A DNA stretch of 64,000 nt from Macrostomum lignano (taxonomy: Eukaryota). Made by a program: the position numbers and the translations under genes. The notes beneath the pieces were generated by a model that had not been told where the DNA came from, did not search any database, and saw only the letters and a program-made list of their open reading frames with translations. Numbering within the stretch: the stretch's first letter is position 1; each line of letters starts with the position of its first letter. The stretch spans positions 186,001-250,000 of the forward strand of contig NIVC01001486.1 in the NCBI GenBank assembly GCA_002269645.1. The letters run 5' to 3'. Of this stretch, positions 22,301-33,365 are shown one piece after another.

Positions 22301-25300
22301 TCCCGTCAATAGACTCTCGGAAACGTCAGCTGACGTCGGATTGCTGTAGGGGCTGCTCTTTAACCTGTACTGGACTCCAGGTTGCTGCGGGTGTTTCGAA
22401 TAGAAAAATATGGCTTTACTAAGCAAGGCACCAAAATTTCCCGTTGACAGAAGCCAAGATCAGCTGCACACCGGAGGGCGGAGGCGGCGGGTCGAGCAAC
22501 TCCTCTAGCGGCTCGGGCCCAGACATCAGGCACAAGGCTTACGCAGAGAGCTACTGCTACTCGCAGGGCGTGGACCAGAGGCTAACGCCCAACCACACCA
22601 TACCAGCTGACCTGCAAGGCGTCCTAAACCACTACCTGCTGCAGTTCTACTTTCCGCTGCTGTTCCTGCTGCAGGCTGTGTCCCTGTACATGCCCTACTA
22701 CACCTGGAGCAAAACTGTCGGTGAGCAGCTTAGAGAGCAGCTCCAATTCGTGGTGGATTTGTCGCTTAAGCTGTTGGAAGATAAAGAGGAGCAAGCCGAA
22801 GGCCACGTGCACTCAGAGTCCTGCAAGAGCCGCCGGATGCAGCAGGGCCGGCCGTCCAAGTCGGACGTGCTCACGGACAGCGCACTCAAACAACGGCTTA
22901 AACGGTGGTACTGCAAGGGCAAGCACACCAGAAACTATTACCTGTTCCAGATAGCCAGGGTGACTCTGTTGCTGTTCTGGATCAGTTTCTACGTCTTCTG
23001 TCCGGGCTTCCGGCACCGGGACATTCGCTACGAGTTCATGTGCGTCATACGGAATCGGGACGATTACCGGTTCATGTGCGTGCTGCTGCAGGCCAGCATC
23101 TTCGAGCTCGGCTGGACGGGGAACCTCTGCATCTTGGTCTTCTGTCTGCTGCTCGTTTCGCACCAAATCTTCTACGTGTTCCCATTTGTCTTCAGCTGCA
23201 GGTGCACCTGCTGCAAGACTAAACGCTGCCTGCCATCGTGCAGGAAAGAGTGCCGGTCGCACTACTTTCAGCGAATTCTTGGCCTCGTTGTCCAACCGAA
23301 GCGGGAGCCGGTGGGCTCGGTCTGCTGCACTATCTGCATCGGTGGCAACGGTGGCACCACCTACGAGCAGCTGAACGGAGGTACGGACTACTACTCGCCC
23401 AGGCTGGTGGATCGGTACTACATATCGCGGCTTTGCTACGAGAATTCGCACCTGCTCGACAAGGTACTGCCGGATATGGGCAGCGCCAATGCGCCAGACG
23501 AGTTCAGCAGCATGGGCAACATAGCCTCCATCGCCATGAAGCTGGACAGTAAAGCCGACGAAGCAACTGACAGCGTCGATCAGGGTCTTCAAGAGGCCGG
23601 AGGGCAGGTTAAGAAATCTTTCAATCCGTTCTTGAGCAAACTAAAGCAAGCAAAATCTACGGCTGAGTCGAGTCTGAGTGAGGCCAAGTCGGCAGCTGAG
23701 TCAGGCCTGGGTGAAGCCAAGTCGGCAGCTGAGTCAGGCCTGGGTGAAGCCAAGTCGGCAGCTGAGTCAGGCCTGGGTGAAGCCAAGTCGGCAGCTGAGT
23801 CAGGCCTGAGTGAGGTTAAGTCGGCAGCTGAGTCAGGCCTGAGTGAGGCCAAGTCGGCAGCTGAGTCGGGCCTGGGTGAAGCCAAGTCGGCAGCTGAGTC
23901 AGGCCTGGGTGAAGCCAAGTCGGCAGCTGAGTCAGGCCTGAGTGAGGCCAAGTCGGCAGCTGAGTCAGGCCTGAGTGAGGCCAAGTCGGCAGCTGAGTCA
24001 GGCTTGAGTGAAGCTAAATCGGCAGCTGATGAAAAATAGAAAACCGGTTATATTCCTATCGGTGTGAGTTTGCTGAGCTCAAAAGAAGTGCTTGAGCACT
24101 AAAACTAGAAGCTAGAGCAAAAAACTGATGAAAACTGCATGCAGCAATATTTATTCATTGTATTTAAGTTTTAATTTTGTCATTTTTTCATGAATTCTGT
24201 TTTGAATTTGTTCCGCACTCTTTACGTACGAGTACTCGTATGTGCGCTCGTTCTTGGCACTTAACGGTGTTGGAAACATAATAATAAACAATTCCCAAAA
24301 CATTGTACATTCAGTCCAACTTGGTTGATCCAGGATTTAGATTTGGGTTTGTTATTGGACATAAACTCGATCAGCTGATTGTAAGGTTCAGGAAGCAAGA
24401 ATATGGCTACAAGAAGTTACGGATACTGAGCGGTAGATCAGTGGAAATGAATGTATGTTGGCGGTTTCAAAGCTTTTGTGAGGGAAGGGGGAACTCTTAA
24501 GTCCCTACCTAAGGTTGATGACTCAAACAACAGGGATTTTCTACGCCATTCTTCTTGTACAATACGTGAGTGTATTGTAAATTACTTTCGAATTTAAAGT
24601 CAATGAGACCTGTAAATTACTGATAGGTTAAACTAATGTTGTCATTCTTTACTTCATCCTTATATAATAGTGAATGATGGAATATCTGTTGCCATGGGAT
24701 TCAAAATCATCAAAAGTTATAAGAAGTTACGGGAAATTATAATTACCTATGGATACGGATTTTGGTTGCACCAATAGATCCTATATTCCCTAGATAGGCC
24801 ACTTTGTATTTCGGCTATAGGGAAAGCGCGACCGCTATTTTTCGTATATATGATACTTGGTTGCACCTCAAAAAACATTTCTCACCTCAAAGATGTAGGT
24901 CTGGAAGACTCCCTTCCCTGGAATCTTGATCACACCCTCGCGCTCGTCCTTCTTGCCTTCGCTGATCTCCACATTGACGGCCTGCGCGTTGGATCCGCTG
25001 GGTGCCTCCCCGCCCTGGCCAGCGCTTGCCTGCGAGTGAGTGCAGAAAAGTCCAATATAAAGCCGACTACTCAATTCATTGTACACAGGCAGATGCACTG
25101 AGATGCCCGCGACTCACCTCACTGCCTCCAAGTACGTCATCGACTTCGAGCGCGCCTTCGGAATACCACTCCAAAGGAAACTCCAGCCACTCCTGTGCGA
25201 GATGAATAAAAAAATGCGGCGTGTGGCTTACAAGGCTTTGATGACTCTACGTAAGACACGTCGTACTGAGTACACGCGCTCACACAGGGTGTAAGAGTCC

Positions 25301-26449
25301 CTGACTTTCTAATTGTCAGAAATTTACACTCTTATGTGTCTTTAGGGCTATAGCCATCATGGGTGTGAATCGCATAGCAACTCTCGGGCCAGTTTTCGGG
25401 TGCACAGAAATGAGTGAAATGAGTGTGAGAGCACAATATTGCCCTACCGGGATATAGACAAATTTTCGAACGCAAGATGCAACGCCTGCTGGCTAATCAT
25501 GAAATAAAACAGACTCACTCCAGTCTTGTAGCTGTCCAAATAGTAGCGGACATCGTTAACGAACATGCAGGTGAAGTTTTTACCAGACGAGTGGTAAAAC
25601 GTTTCAAATATGATGTCATTCGGGTCGCGCACCTACAAGAATACAGTGGTAGTAGTATGATAAGTATTTTGCAAGAATTAAAACAATCCTTTTTGCAAGA
25701 AATTAGACTTTAGTTTATGCTTTCATTAACTTCTTGTATAATGACTTTAAATAATCTCCAAATTGTGTGCAAAAGTAAAAAAACAGTAGTATTTAATATA
25801 TTTCAATAAATATTTTTAAAATGCATATATATATGTACCTGATTGATGGGCATTTTGGTCAGAATACTGCTGCTACTGCACTCTTTCGTTTTACTTTAAC
25901 AGTCAAACCTGAGTAATTTTTTTTATTTTTTCATTGCAAGATCCTGCATGTCACCACACTTCAATAATTACCTAAATATATAAAATATATTTGAACTATT
26001 TTCGAATTTAAAGTATAATTGAATTTACTACAAAAGTACATGGTCTTGATCTTTTGTAAAGAGACCCACCCAAAATTGTAAATTTAAATTTTTTCATTTC
26101 GAATTTTCGGAAATTTCAGGTTTTTTTCATCTTCTTTTTAGGCTTTTTCACATCTACATTCCACAATTGAGACCAGAAAGCCTACCTCAGGAATTGCATC
26201 TGCTCGGCCGCCCCGAATAATGCGAGGTGCAGCTGACGGCTTTGAAGAGCTTGATTGTTGGCTCGCTGCTGGCTGTTGCTGCGAAGTGGAAGCAGTTTGT
26301 TTACTTGCTGTTTCGGTTGTTTGCCTTCCTGTTGGTCTCGAGACACTTTGAGCTTGATTTGATCCTGATCCTCTAAAATCCGGCACAGAAGCAACTCTGC
26401 GTGTTTGAGCCTGAGAACCTTGCACTTCAGTCGATGGTGCTGATCCCAT
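13317..26449 (-). CDS. KIFC3: Kinesin-14 family C-terminal motor (KIFC3-like), 12 exons, about 833 aa
   Basis: Exons: 26449-26186, 25632-25519, 25192-25118, 25029-24886, 21589-21510, 20510-20402, 19627-19412, 19046-18975, 18190-17594, 16924-16506, 14465-14183, 13445-13317. All junctions are GT-AG with consistent phases. Kinesin-14 neck [23 protein letters not shown]-loop [29 protein letters not shown]. The symbol reflects family resemblance; the motor exons are more certain than the five 5'-most exons. Confidence 0.88.
13676..13794 (+). mobile_element. tRNA-derived SINE copy 1
   Basis: GGGGCCGTATCCTAGCGG (A-box-like)...GGCTCGGTTCC (B-box-like), then a shared tail TGCAGTCACAT...GGGGCTGAATTGGAATCT...GCTTGGCTCTGCTCGTA also present at 17263. 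Confidence 0.7.
15055..15605. repeat. 30-bp minisatellite (CATCTCAGCAACTCCCCCAATGAGYYATGG)
   Basis: About 18 copies in kinesin intron 10. Confidence 0.95.
17263..17382 (+). mobile_element. tRNA-derived SINE copy 2
   Basis: GGGGCCGTAGCCCAGTGG A box and GGCTCGATTCC B box; same tail as the 13676 copy; no complete cloverleaf acceptor stem. Confidence 0.75.
18495..18830. repeat. 16/17-bp minisatellite (ATGACCCATTGAGTTAC) grading into the 30-bp family
   Basis: The tandem array runs to about 18740, followed by degenerate GAGTCATGGCATCTCAGCAACTCCCC units. Confidence 0.9.
19200..19300. repeat. Degenerate 16-bp repeat (GTAGATGTCATGTGG)
   Basis: About 5-6 imperfect copies. Confidence 0.7.
19645..20285. 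repeat. 11-bp minisatellite GATTAGGGTTC containing TTAGGG
   Basis: About 58 imperfect copies in kinesin intron 6. Confidence 0.95.
20530..20700. repeat. 9-bp repeat GGGATGTCA
   Basis: Tandem, degenerate, near the acceptor end of kinesin intron 5. Confidence 0.85.
21815..24039 (+). CDS. Pannexin/innexin-family 4-TM channel, about 582 aa, nested in kinesin intron 4
   Basis: Exons 21815-21974 and 22451-24039 (GT-AG, phase 1). Motifs PVDRFF-TM1, ISC...AYAESYC (EL1), [21 protein letters not shown] (TM2), EFMCVI...FMCVL (EL2), TM4; two Cys per extracellular loop. Confidence 0.88.
23671..24036 (+). repeat. Coding 33-bp repeat x11 (GL[GS]EAKSAAES)
   Basis: In-frame C-terminal repeat of the channel ORF, ending 3 nt before TAG. 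Confidence 0.95.
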
Positions 26450-27916
26450 TGTGCTATTATAGTGTGAGAATATTGAAACACAAAAAAATGCACCCCGACA
26501 CCCGTACCGGACGAGTCTGCAATAGAAGGCGTTGCAGGCGTTATGCTGTTTAAAAATGATATTTCTCGTGGAATGTTAAATAGCACCACCAAACAATACA
26601 AAAGATCACCAATACAAAAAATTTTTATTATATAAAAGATTAAAATTTTACTTGTATTTAAAAATAGCGCAGAGGGTATCTGAATGACAATGTGTTAAAT
26701 GAGTAAAAATTTCTTGTTTAACATAACGTTTCCATGAAAAGTAGCGAACTATTTATTTTAAATTCGGTTAATTAGGGCTGAAAATGCGCTGCGATCAGCA
26801 CTTGATATTTGCCACTTACGGTGGTTACCTACCTATGTAACTATGTCATAAACTCACACTCATACTTAAAAGACTGTAAAAGTGTATGCCTAGTTAGTAG
26901 GGACACGATGGATTGCTCTAGCCAGCGTATTAGAAATTAAATTAATCAAGTCACATGCACGCACTTTGATACCACTTTTCGAAGCTTTTTGTAGATCTGT
27001 TATTCACGCAGACTCTCGCTGCCCTTTAGGCTTTACTGAAATTGTTTATAGACCAAAATACTATAGTAGCATAGACCAACTGAGCTGTGCTGTGCCTGTG
27101 TTTCAGATTTAACAATCAAGTGATTACTGCAAGTTTCAACAATTTACGCCTATCAATAATATGACTGTATATAGTGTATAAGTTAAACAACAAAACAGTT
27201 TTTAATGCCTAATGGTTAACTATCTAGGCCTAGGGTGTTTATTTAAGGTAACCATATAAATAGCAAAACTGATATTTTTATGGTCACCATAGGTAGGAAG
27301 CAAAATGGCTATTTTTATGGTCATGTGGAAGCAATTTTGGTTAAATTTCAATGTAATAATTAGGCCTAACAATAACAATTACCTAAAGTAAGCTACCATG
27401 ACAAGAACCACTAGGAGTTCCCATCATATCAATATATTTATTAATAACAAATTTCTTTACTTTAAATTTAACCACCTTAGTATTTGCATTGCAAGACTTA
27501 CAACACAAGTTCATTACTTCATCATTTAGTTTAGATAATATTTGTTTGGCAGTGCTTATCCCCACGGTACCATAGGAATAGATAAATAAAGGTAAATATC
27601 AACATGAAGTATTATTTGAGTTGCCGATGCATTTCGTCCATTTGCATTAGGACATTGTCAGGGTCTTTTTATTGAGAAACAATTTGAACGAATATTCAGT
27701 ATATATAGATAGTTGAGAGTAACAAGAATAGTTGAATTGAGTTTTTAATTGATGGTTTAAAACTTGTACATAGTAATCAATTTTTGATACAGTATTGGTT
27801 GGGTAAAGTGCATATCAGTTTCAAGCCAGACCGGTCATTGACAAATCAGCTAAAAAATTCTGAGTTGACGGCTAGCCCCACCCATCGCAAGTTGGTTATT
27901 TAACGTTTTAAATTCT

Positions 27917-29017
27917 TAAACTCTTATAGGCTACATAGAACAAAATGCAAATTACGCAGCAAGTTTTAAGTGCAGCCATCCTTTGCAAATATGACTGCAT
28001 TTTATGCAGCTCATATCCCTCCGTGGTTGAAAAAACTTCGACACCTTGAAGAATAGTTGAAATTTGAAACGCGCTTGAAAACACCAGCCACGAGTTATAG
28101 TAATGTTGGACTCCTCCAGCCGGGTCGCTACCATTCTTCAGTTCGCGCTGCTCTAAGGGGGTCAACCTTGAAGTCCGCCACCTCGGAAACAGGCATGCAG
28201 TCCTCGTGAGCTATCTTAAGTAGCTTGACTGGCATGTCCCTTGCATGCACAGATCGTGCTCCGGTCTTCCTGCCGGATGCATCGCAGATTTCCCTCACAG
28301 TCTTCTTGCTGTGGGGAGACGACTCTTGGCCTTTGGGCCGAAACACTGCTCCGCTTTTGAGACGCATCGCCTCTCAGAGCAGGAAACTTGATCTGCATGC
28401 CGGTCGCCGAGACAGTGACGCCGTGGCTGACTCTCTTCTTGTCGATCCATCCGAACGGCTGTTGAACACGCGTCAGTTGGGGCGGCGGCTGCACCGTGGT
28501 GGCAGTTGAACTGAACCACCGTTGCGACTTAATGCCGTCAAGCACGCCAACGACGCAAGATGTTCTCTGGTTGCCGGATCCCGATTTGCTGATGTTGTGC
28601 TGTTCATCAACCAGCTTCTATTCAACCCTCTGTTATCCTTCGTGACAGGAACTTCGTCTAGCAGACTCACGCGGTCAGGGAACCATTGTAACAGGTAGGA
28701 TTTTGTGTCCTGCCTGCCTGCACCTTCTGCTCACATCGGATAACAGAGAATTGAACTCGAAGCACGGTTTTCTGGGCCCAGGCTGCTGCGGCCTACAGCC
28801 CAGCCGAGGCAATGGCCATGCCTTTAGGCCCGCAGATGCGGGCGAGAGGAAAGTGAAGCGAGCGCCTCCACTGTCTCTCCCTTTATTTAAAACACAGCAG
28901 AACATGCGCGTGGGAACGTAAACTCTTATAGGCTACATAGAACAAAATGCAAATTACGCAGCAAGTTTTAGGTGCAGCCGTCCTTTGCAAATATGACTGC
29001 ATTTTATGCAGCTCATA
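27917..29017. repeat. 99-bp direct repeats (27917-28015, 28919-29017) flanking a GC-richer 0.9-kb segment
   Basis: The copies differ at only 2 positions; the flanking DNA is AT-rich. Confidence 0.85.
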
Positions 29018-29107
29018 GTGTTGATCCAGATCAACATCTTCTTAGTATCCTCAATTCAAATTCCCTTTCAAAAAGCTATAAAGTATTCATATACAGCATA
29101 TATATGT

Positions 29108-29290
29108 AGAAGATATGGCAGCTATCTTGTCAGTGTGCCATGCAGATAAGCAGAAAAATTTTACCACGGCATATTTAGAAGATGGGGCAGCTATCTTGTC
29201 AGTGTACCATGCAGATAAGCAGAAAAATTTTACCACGGCATATTTAGAAGATGGGGCAGCTATCTCGTCAGTATGCTATACGGATAAACA
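29108..29290. repeat. 69-bp tandem repeat x2.5
   Basis: GAAGATGGGGCAGCTATCTTGTCAGTGTACCATGCAGATAAGCAGAAAAATTTTACCACGGCATATTTA. Confidence 0.85.
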
Positions 29291-29959
29291 GAAAATTATT
29301 CCCATGGTACCGTTGGAATAGGCCTAAGACAGAAATTATTCCTATGGTACTGTGGGGATAAGTACTACCTATTTGTTTTAGGTGTTAACTATAAAAATAA
29401 CTATCTAACTATTAATACAGTCACCATAATAATAAAAACTGCCAGCAAAAAGTCAAATGCTAAATTTAAACAATATACTATAGGCCTAGTTTCTATAGTT
29501 ATATACTTAGCTAGATATAAGTTACCTTAATAAATTAAGCATGAGGCAGGCTGTAGGCAGGACCTAGGCTTATATAAATAGAAACTAAACTAAATTATAA
29601 AGTTCCTTAAATTTAAAAGCCCTAGAAAATAGCCCTTAGGCCTGCCTTTTAGCATTAAAAACTGTTTGTAATATTTAATTCTATTCATATTTACTTTATT
29701 AAGGGCCTATCAAATGTTTTAAAATTTATAGGACCTATTAATTATATAAAGTATATCTGTATCATTAACCTACAATCAATGCATAGTATATTTACTAGTT
29801 GATGCTCAATTGTATAGCTCCCTATCTTTTTTATTTTAAAATTGCAAGTAGGTCTTGTTTGATGCCTTTCACTCTTTCATAAAGCCTATGAAGTCTATAT
29901 TTTGTGGTTCTTTTTTACTAAATAGTGATATCCTTGACAAAATTTCTTAAGTTTAATGG

Positions 29960-30360
29960 TAGAGGTTAGATGGAATTGAAATCTTTGGGTGGGATTGGGA
30001 TCAAGAATAATTTTTTTCTTGGGATTAGGATTGGGATTGGAAATCAGGATCAGGTCTTTTAGTGTATTATAGTTTGTAGGTCTATATAAAGTTAAATAAA
30101 ATTAAGCAAAAAATGTCAAGATCAAAAGTAAAACACAACAAAAATTGATGCAAAATTTTGCAACAAACAAAGCAATAATATAATGAATACAAGTTAAAAC
30201 AAAATACATTTAAGTAATCACTAATTCTATAAACTTTTCATCAAAATACCTATTCCAAATTCTTGTGTTTTTAGGGTTGGGATCCTGGTCCCACAGGAAT
30301 ACAATTCTCCTTGGGATCCCATGATTTTGGGATTAGGATTGGGATCTTGTCCAACCTCTA
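29960..30360. mobile_element. hAT-like MITE
   Basis: TIR TAGAGGTT(A/G)GA; near-perfect 8-bp TSD TTTAATGG / TTAAATGG; internal GGGATT subrepeats. Confidence 0.6.
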
Positions 30361-30954
30361 TTAAATGGCTAGGCCTACCCTAGCTTAGTAACTTAATCAA
30401 TTGCATCATTAGTGGCTACTAAAAAGTAGGCCTATATAACTATGATAATTGTATTGTTTAAAAAACTTATAATAAATTAATTAGGCCTGTGCTTCTTTAT
30501 TTTGGCCACATGTCTTTTGACTTTAAGAAAAAGATAGAAAAAACTTTTTATAATTAGCTTGATTATAGAGGCCTAGAATTTGCATTTTTTTATAAAAATC
30601 AATTGGTTTATTATTAGACTTAAATTGCTTGTTCCTCTAGCTTTTTAAGCAGCTGTCATAAACCAATTTTGCTATTTTATTGATTTGAACATTTCCTATA
30701 TTAGAAAGACTAAATAGCATCTATACTAGAGCTACAAAATTATATAGAACACAAACTAAAAAAAGTTATACTGTTTGACTACGACAATTTCTAATTGTCA
30801 AATATGCTATCACTAAAATGATAGAAAGTTTTAGAATATTGGATGCCTATAAAATGAGTCTATTATAAACTTAAATTGATTGAAGCATTGTATATCAAAG
30901 TGTTTAAGCTGATGCTTAATATCAAATTGATAAGTAGGATAGGAAAATGCTTGG

Positions 30955-31112
30955 GCGCAACCTTGGGATTCACTCGGCCATTTCTATTGGCAACACACAC
31001 ACATGTAAGTCGCTATTGGACAGAATAGTAGTCACATGACTGCTCTCAGCCAATAGCGACTTACATGTGTGTGTTGCCAATAGAAACAGCCGAGTGATTC
31101 CCAAGGTTGCGC
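30955..31112. mobile_element. 158-bp palindromic element (fold-back MITE)
   Basis: About 63-bp arms (GCGCAACCTTGGGA...GTAAGTCGCTATTGG) with few mismatches and a 30-bp spacer. Confidence 0.8.
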
Positions 31113-31877
31113 ATGTATGGATAGGAAAGATAGAATATAAGCTCAAAGTGCTCTAATAGTATACTCTCTTTATACTGGCTAGACTGACTTGACTTATACT
31201 TGGGCTATATACTTTTGCATTAAGAACTGCTTGTATGCTGAAGACATAAAAAGAGCAAGTTCAAATCCCAAAGGCCCTTTTTCCAATGTTTGCTAACCTA
31301 GAATAGCTACCTAATATGTTAAAAGTTCTCTTATTAATTTGATGCAACTTTTATATATCCAATATTAAAAATAAAAATTATTTTTAATGATTCAATATGC
31401 TTAATACTAATTGATTCATGCTATTGTTTTTTAATTTTTTAAGTAATATTTTTATTCAATTTTTGTAAAAACAAAAAAACTAAATTATACTTATGAAAAT
31501 CTATGAAAACAGCTTCAAAGAATTAAAGTACTATATTACCATATCTTTAAAAGTAATATAGTTCTATACATAATAGATTTGAAAAGCTGTTTGTATAATT
31601 TAAATTAAAAATATAATATTGTTATAATAACTAATTTATCTAATCCAATTCTCCTAAAATTAAAGTTTTACAATTTTGCATGGTCATTTAAGGTAGCTAG
31701 TACAAAAAATGATAATATAAAATTTTAAAGCAATTAACATTTTAACAATTTTATTGGACAAAAGTGAAGTTTATCCAATATTTGATTAAATATGTGAGTT
31801 TGATTTATTCTTAACTCACATTTGACTATAGACTATGGTTAGGGGGTAGGAAAAGTTGATTTAGTCAAATGCCATAT

Positions 31878-32259
31878 CCTAGGTTTTTTAGGCCATACAG
31901 TAGCCACCGGCTACCCAAAAAAGCCATTGGCAACTAGATTTTAGGTATCAGAGACCAATCTTCATTTTAACTTCATTTTATCCGTGCCAGTTGCCAATTT
32001 CAAAAATTGTTTTTGTAAGTCTAATAAAAGTGCCATATGAATTGATATTATATGATGGAATTGTTAGGCCCTAGTTTGTTACTGTTATTGTCAGTATAAC
32101 ATGTACATATTACTCAAAATTTAGTGTCTTGGAAATATTCATCCTCGAGAATTTGGCTAGGCCTAGTTGCAAATGGGCAACCAAAAATAGCCATTGGCAA
32201 CTGGATTTTGAGCCCCAAGGGCCAGCTGGCAACTGGATTTCCAACCTTAAAAAACCCAG
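31878..32259. mobile_element. Putative hAT-like MITE
   Basis: Exact 8-bp TSD TGCCATAT on both sides; imperfect TIR CTAGGTTTTTTAGG / CCTTAAAAAACCCAG; internal TGGCAACT subrepeats. Confidence 0.5.
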
Positions 32260-33365
32260 TGCCATATATTTTAGCCTTTCTGTGTCTTGATTTTAGTCCA
32301 AATGAATTAAATTTAGTTGAATTTCAAGGAAAGGATCAAGGCAAGACAAGGGGTAGCACAAAATGGAATCTCTAGGTGAAACAAAGCCTGCAGATAATTT
32401 ATTTCTTGCAAAATATTTAATAGTCAAATAAAAAAGTAAAAATATCTGAGCAAACAAGAATACATAGGTGTACAAGTGGAGACCAGACTAAATATGAGCT
32501 AGAATCCACACATATGCACCCTGCCCCCCCTGCAACATATGCAACCTCGCATGCACCCACCCAGCCAAGCAAGCCACCTTACCTTGCAGTTTAAATGCCC
32601 TCATCACCAACACAGTGGCAAGGGTAACATCACTAATATGGAGGCTGCACTTAGCCAAGTAAATTTATAACAGCAGTTTAGGGACAGGGATGCAGCTAGT
32701 GTTCTTGGTATCACTCTGCAAAAACACCACACCTGCATCCACACTGTAAAGCTTGTATGGCACAGAGAAAGTCTTTGTTATGTTCTACATTGTGTTGCAA
32801 TTGAAGTCATTATTGCCTAAATTGTTGCCTGAACTTTTTGATTTGTGATTTGACTTAATTGAATTCACTGTGACTAAAACAAAATTATAAAAACCATTGC
32901 TTGTGCTGCATGTAACTAAATCAACCTCATTTTTGTACAATAAATTTGTTCAAAGGTATTTTTAAATTCTATATATTTCTTTAGAAGGCAAGCTTATGAA
33001 ATATTCTAAGTCCATCAAGTCAATGTATATCATATTCAAGAATTATAAAGAAACTTTTTGTAGACATAGTCTATGATTAGATATTTATTGTATTGTAATA
33101 AAAGCTATTAATTCTCAATGGCTTTATATCCCTAAGGACTATAGGCTATAAGGACTATACTTTATGGCAAAGATTGGAAGTACAAGCTATATATAGATAT
33201 AGATTTTTTACATTAATTTTAACAATTTACATTTATTTTTTACATAAATATTTTGCCTTGAACACTTTGGCATTCTGTACATGTAAGCCATAATTATCAC
33301 TTGAATAATATATCTCTTAAGTTACAAACATTATAACTAAGATATTTAATTCCTTATTCCAGGAT

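Noticed and set aside
22813-23984. Minus-strand ORFs of 259 and 131 aa as extra kinesin exons
   Set aside because: Antisense shadows of the channel gene; the flanking kinesin exons already join in phase.
24685-24705. RFX X-box-like GTTGCCATGGGA
   Set aside because: Only a half-site, intronic, and expected by chance.
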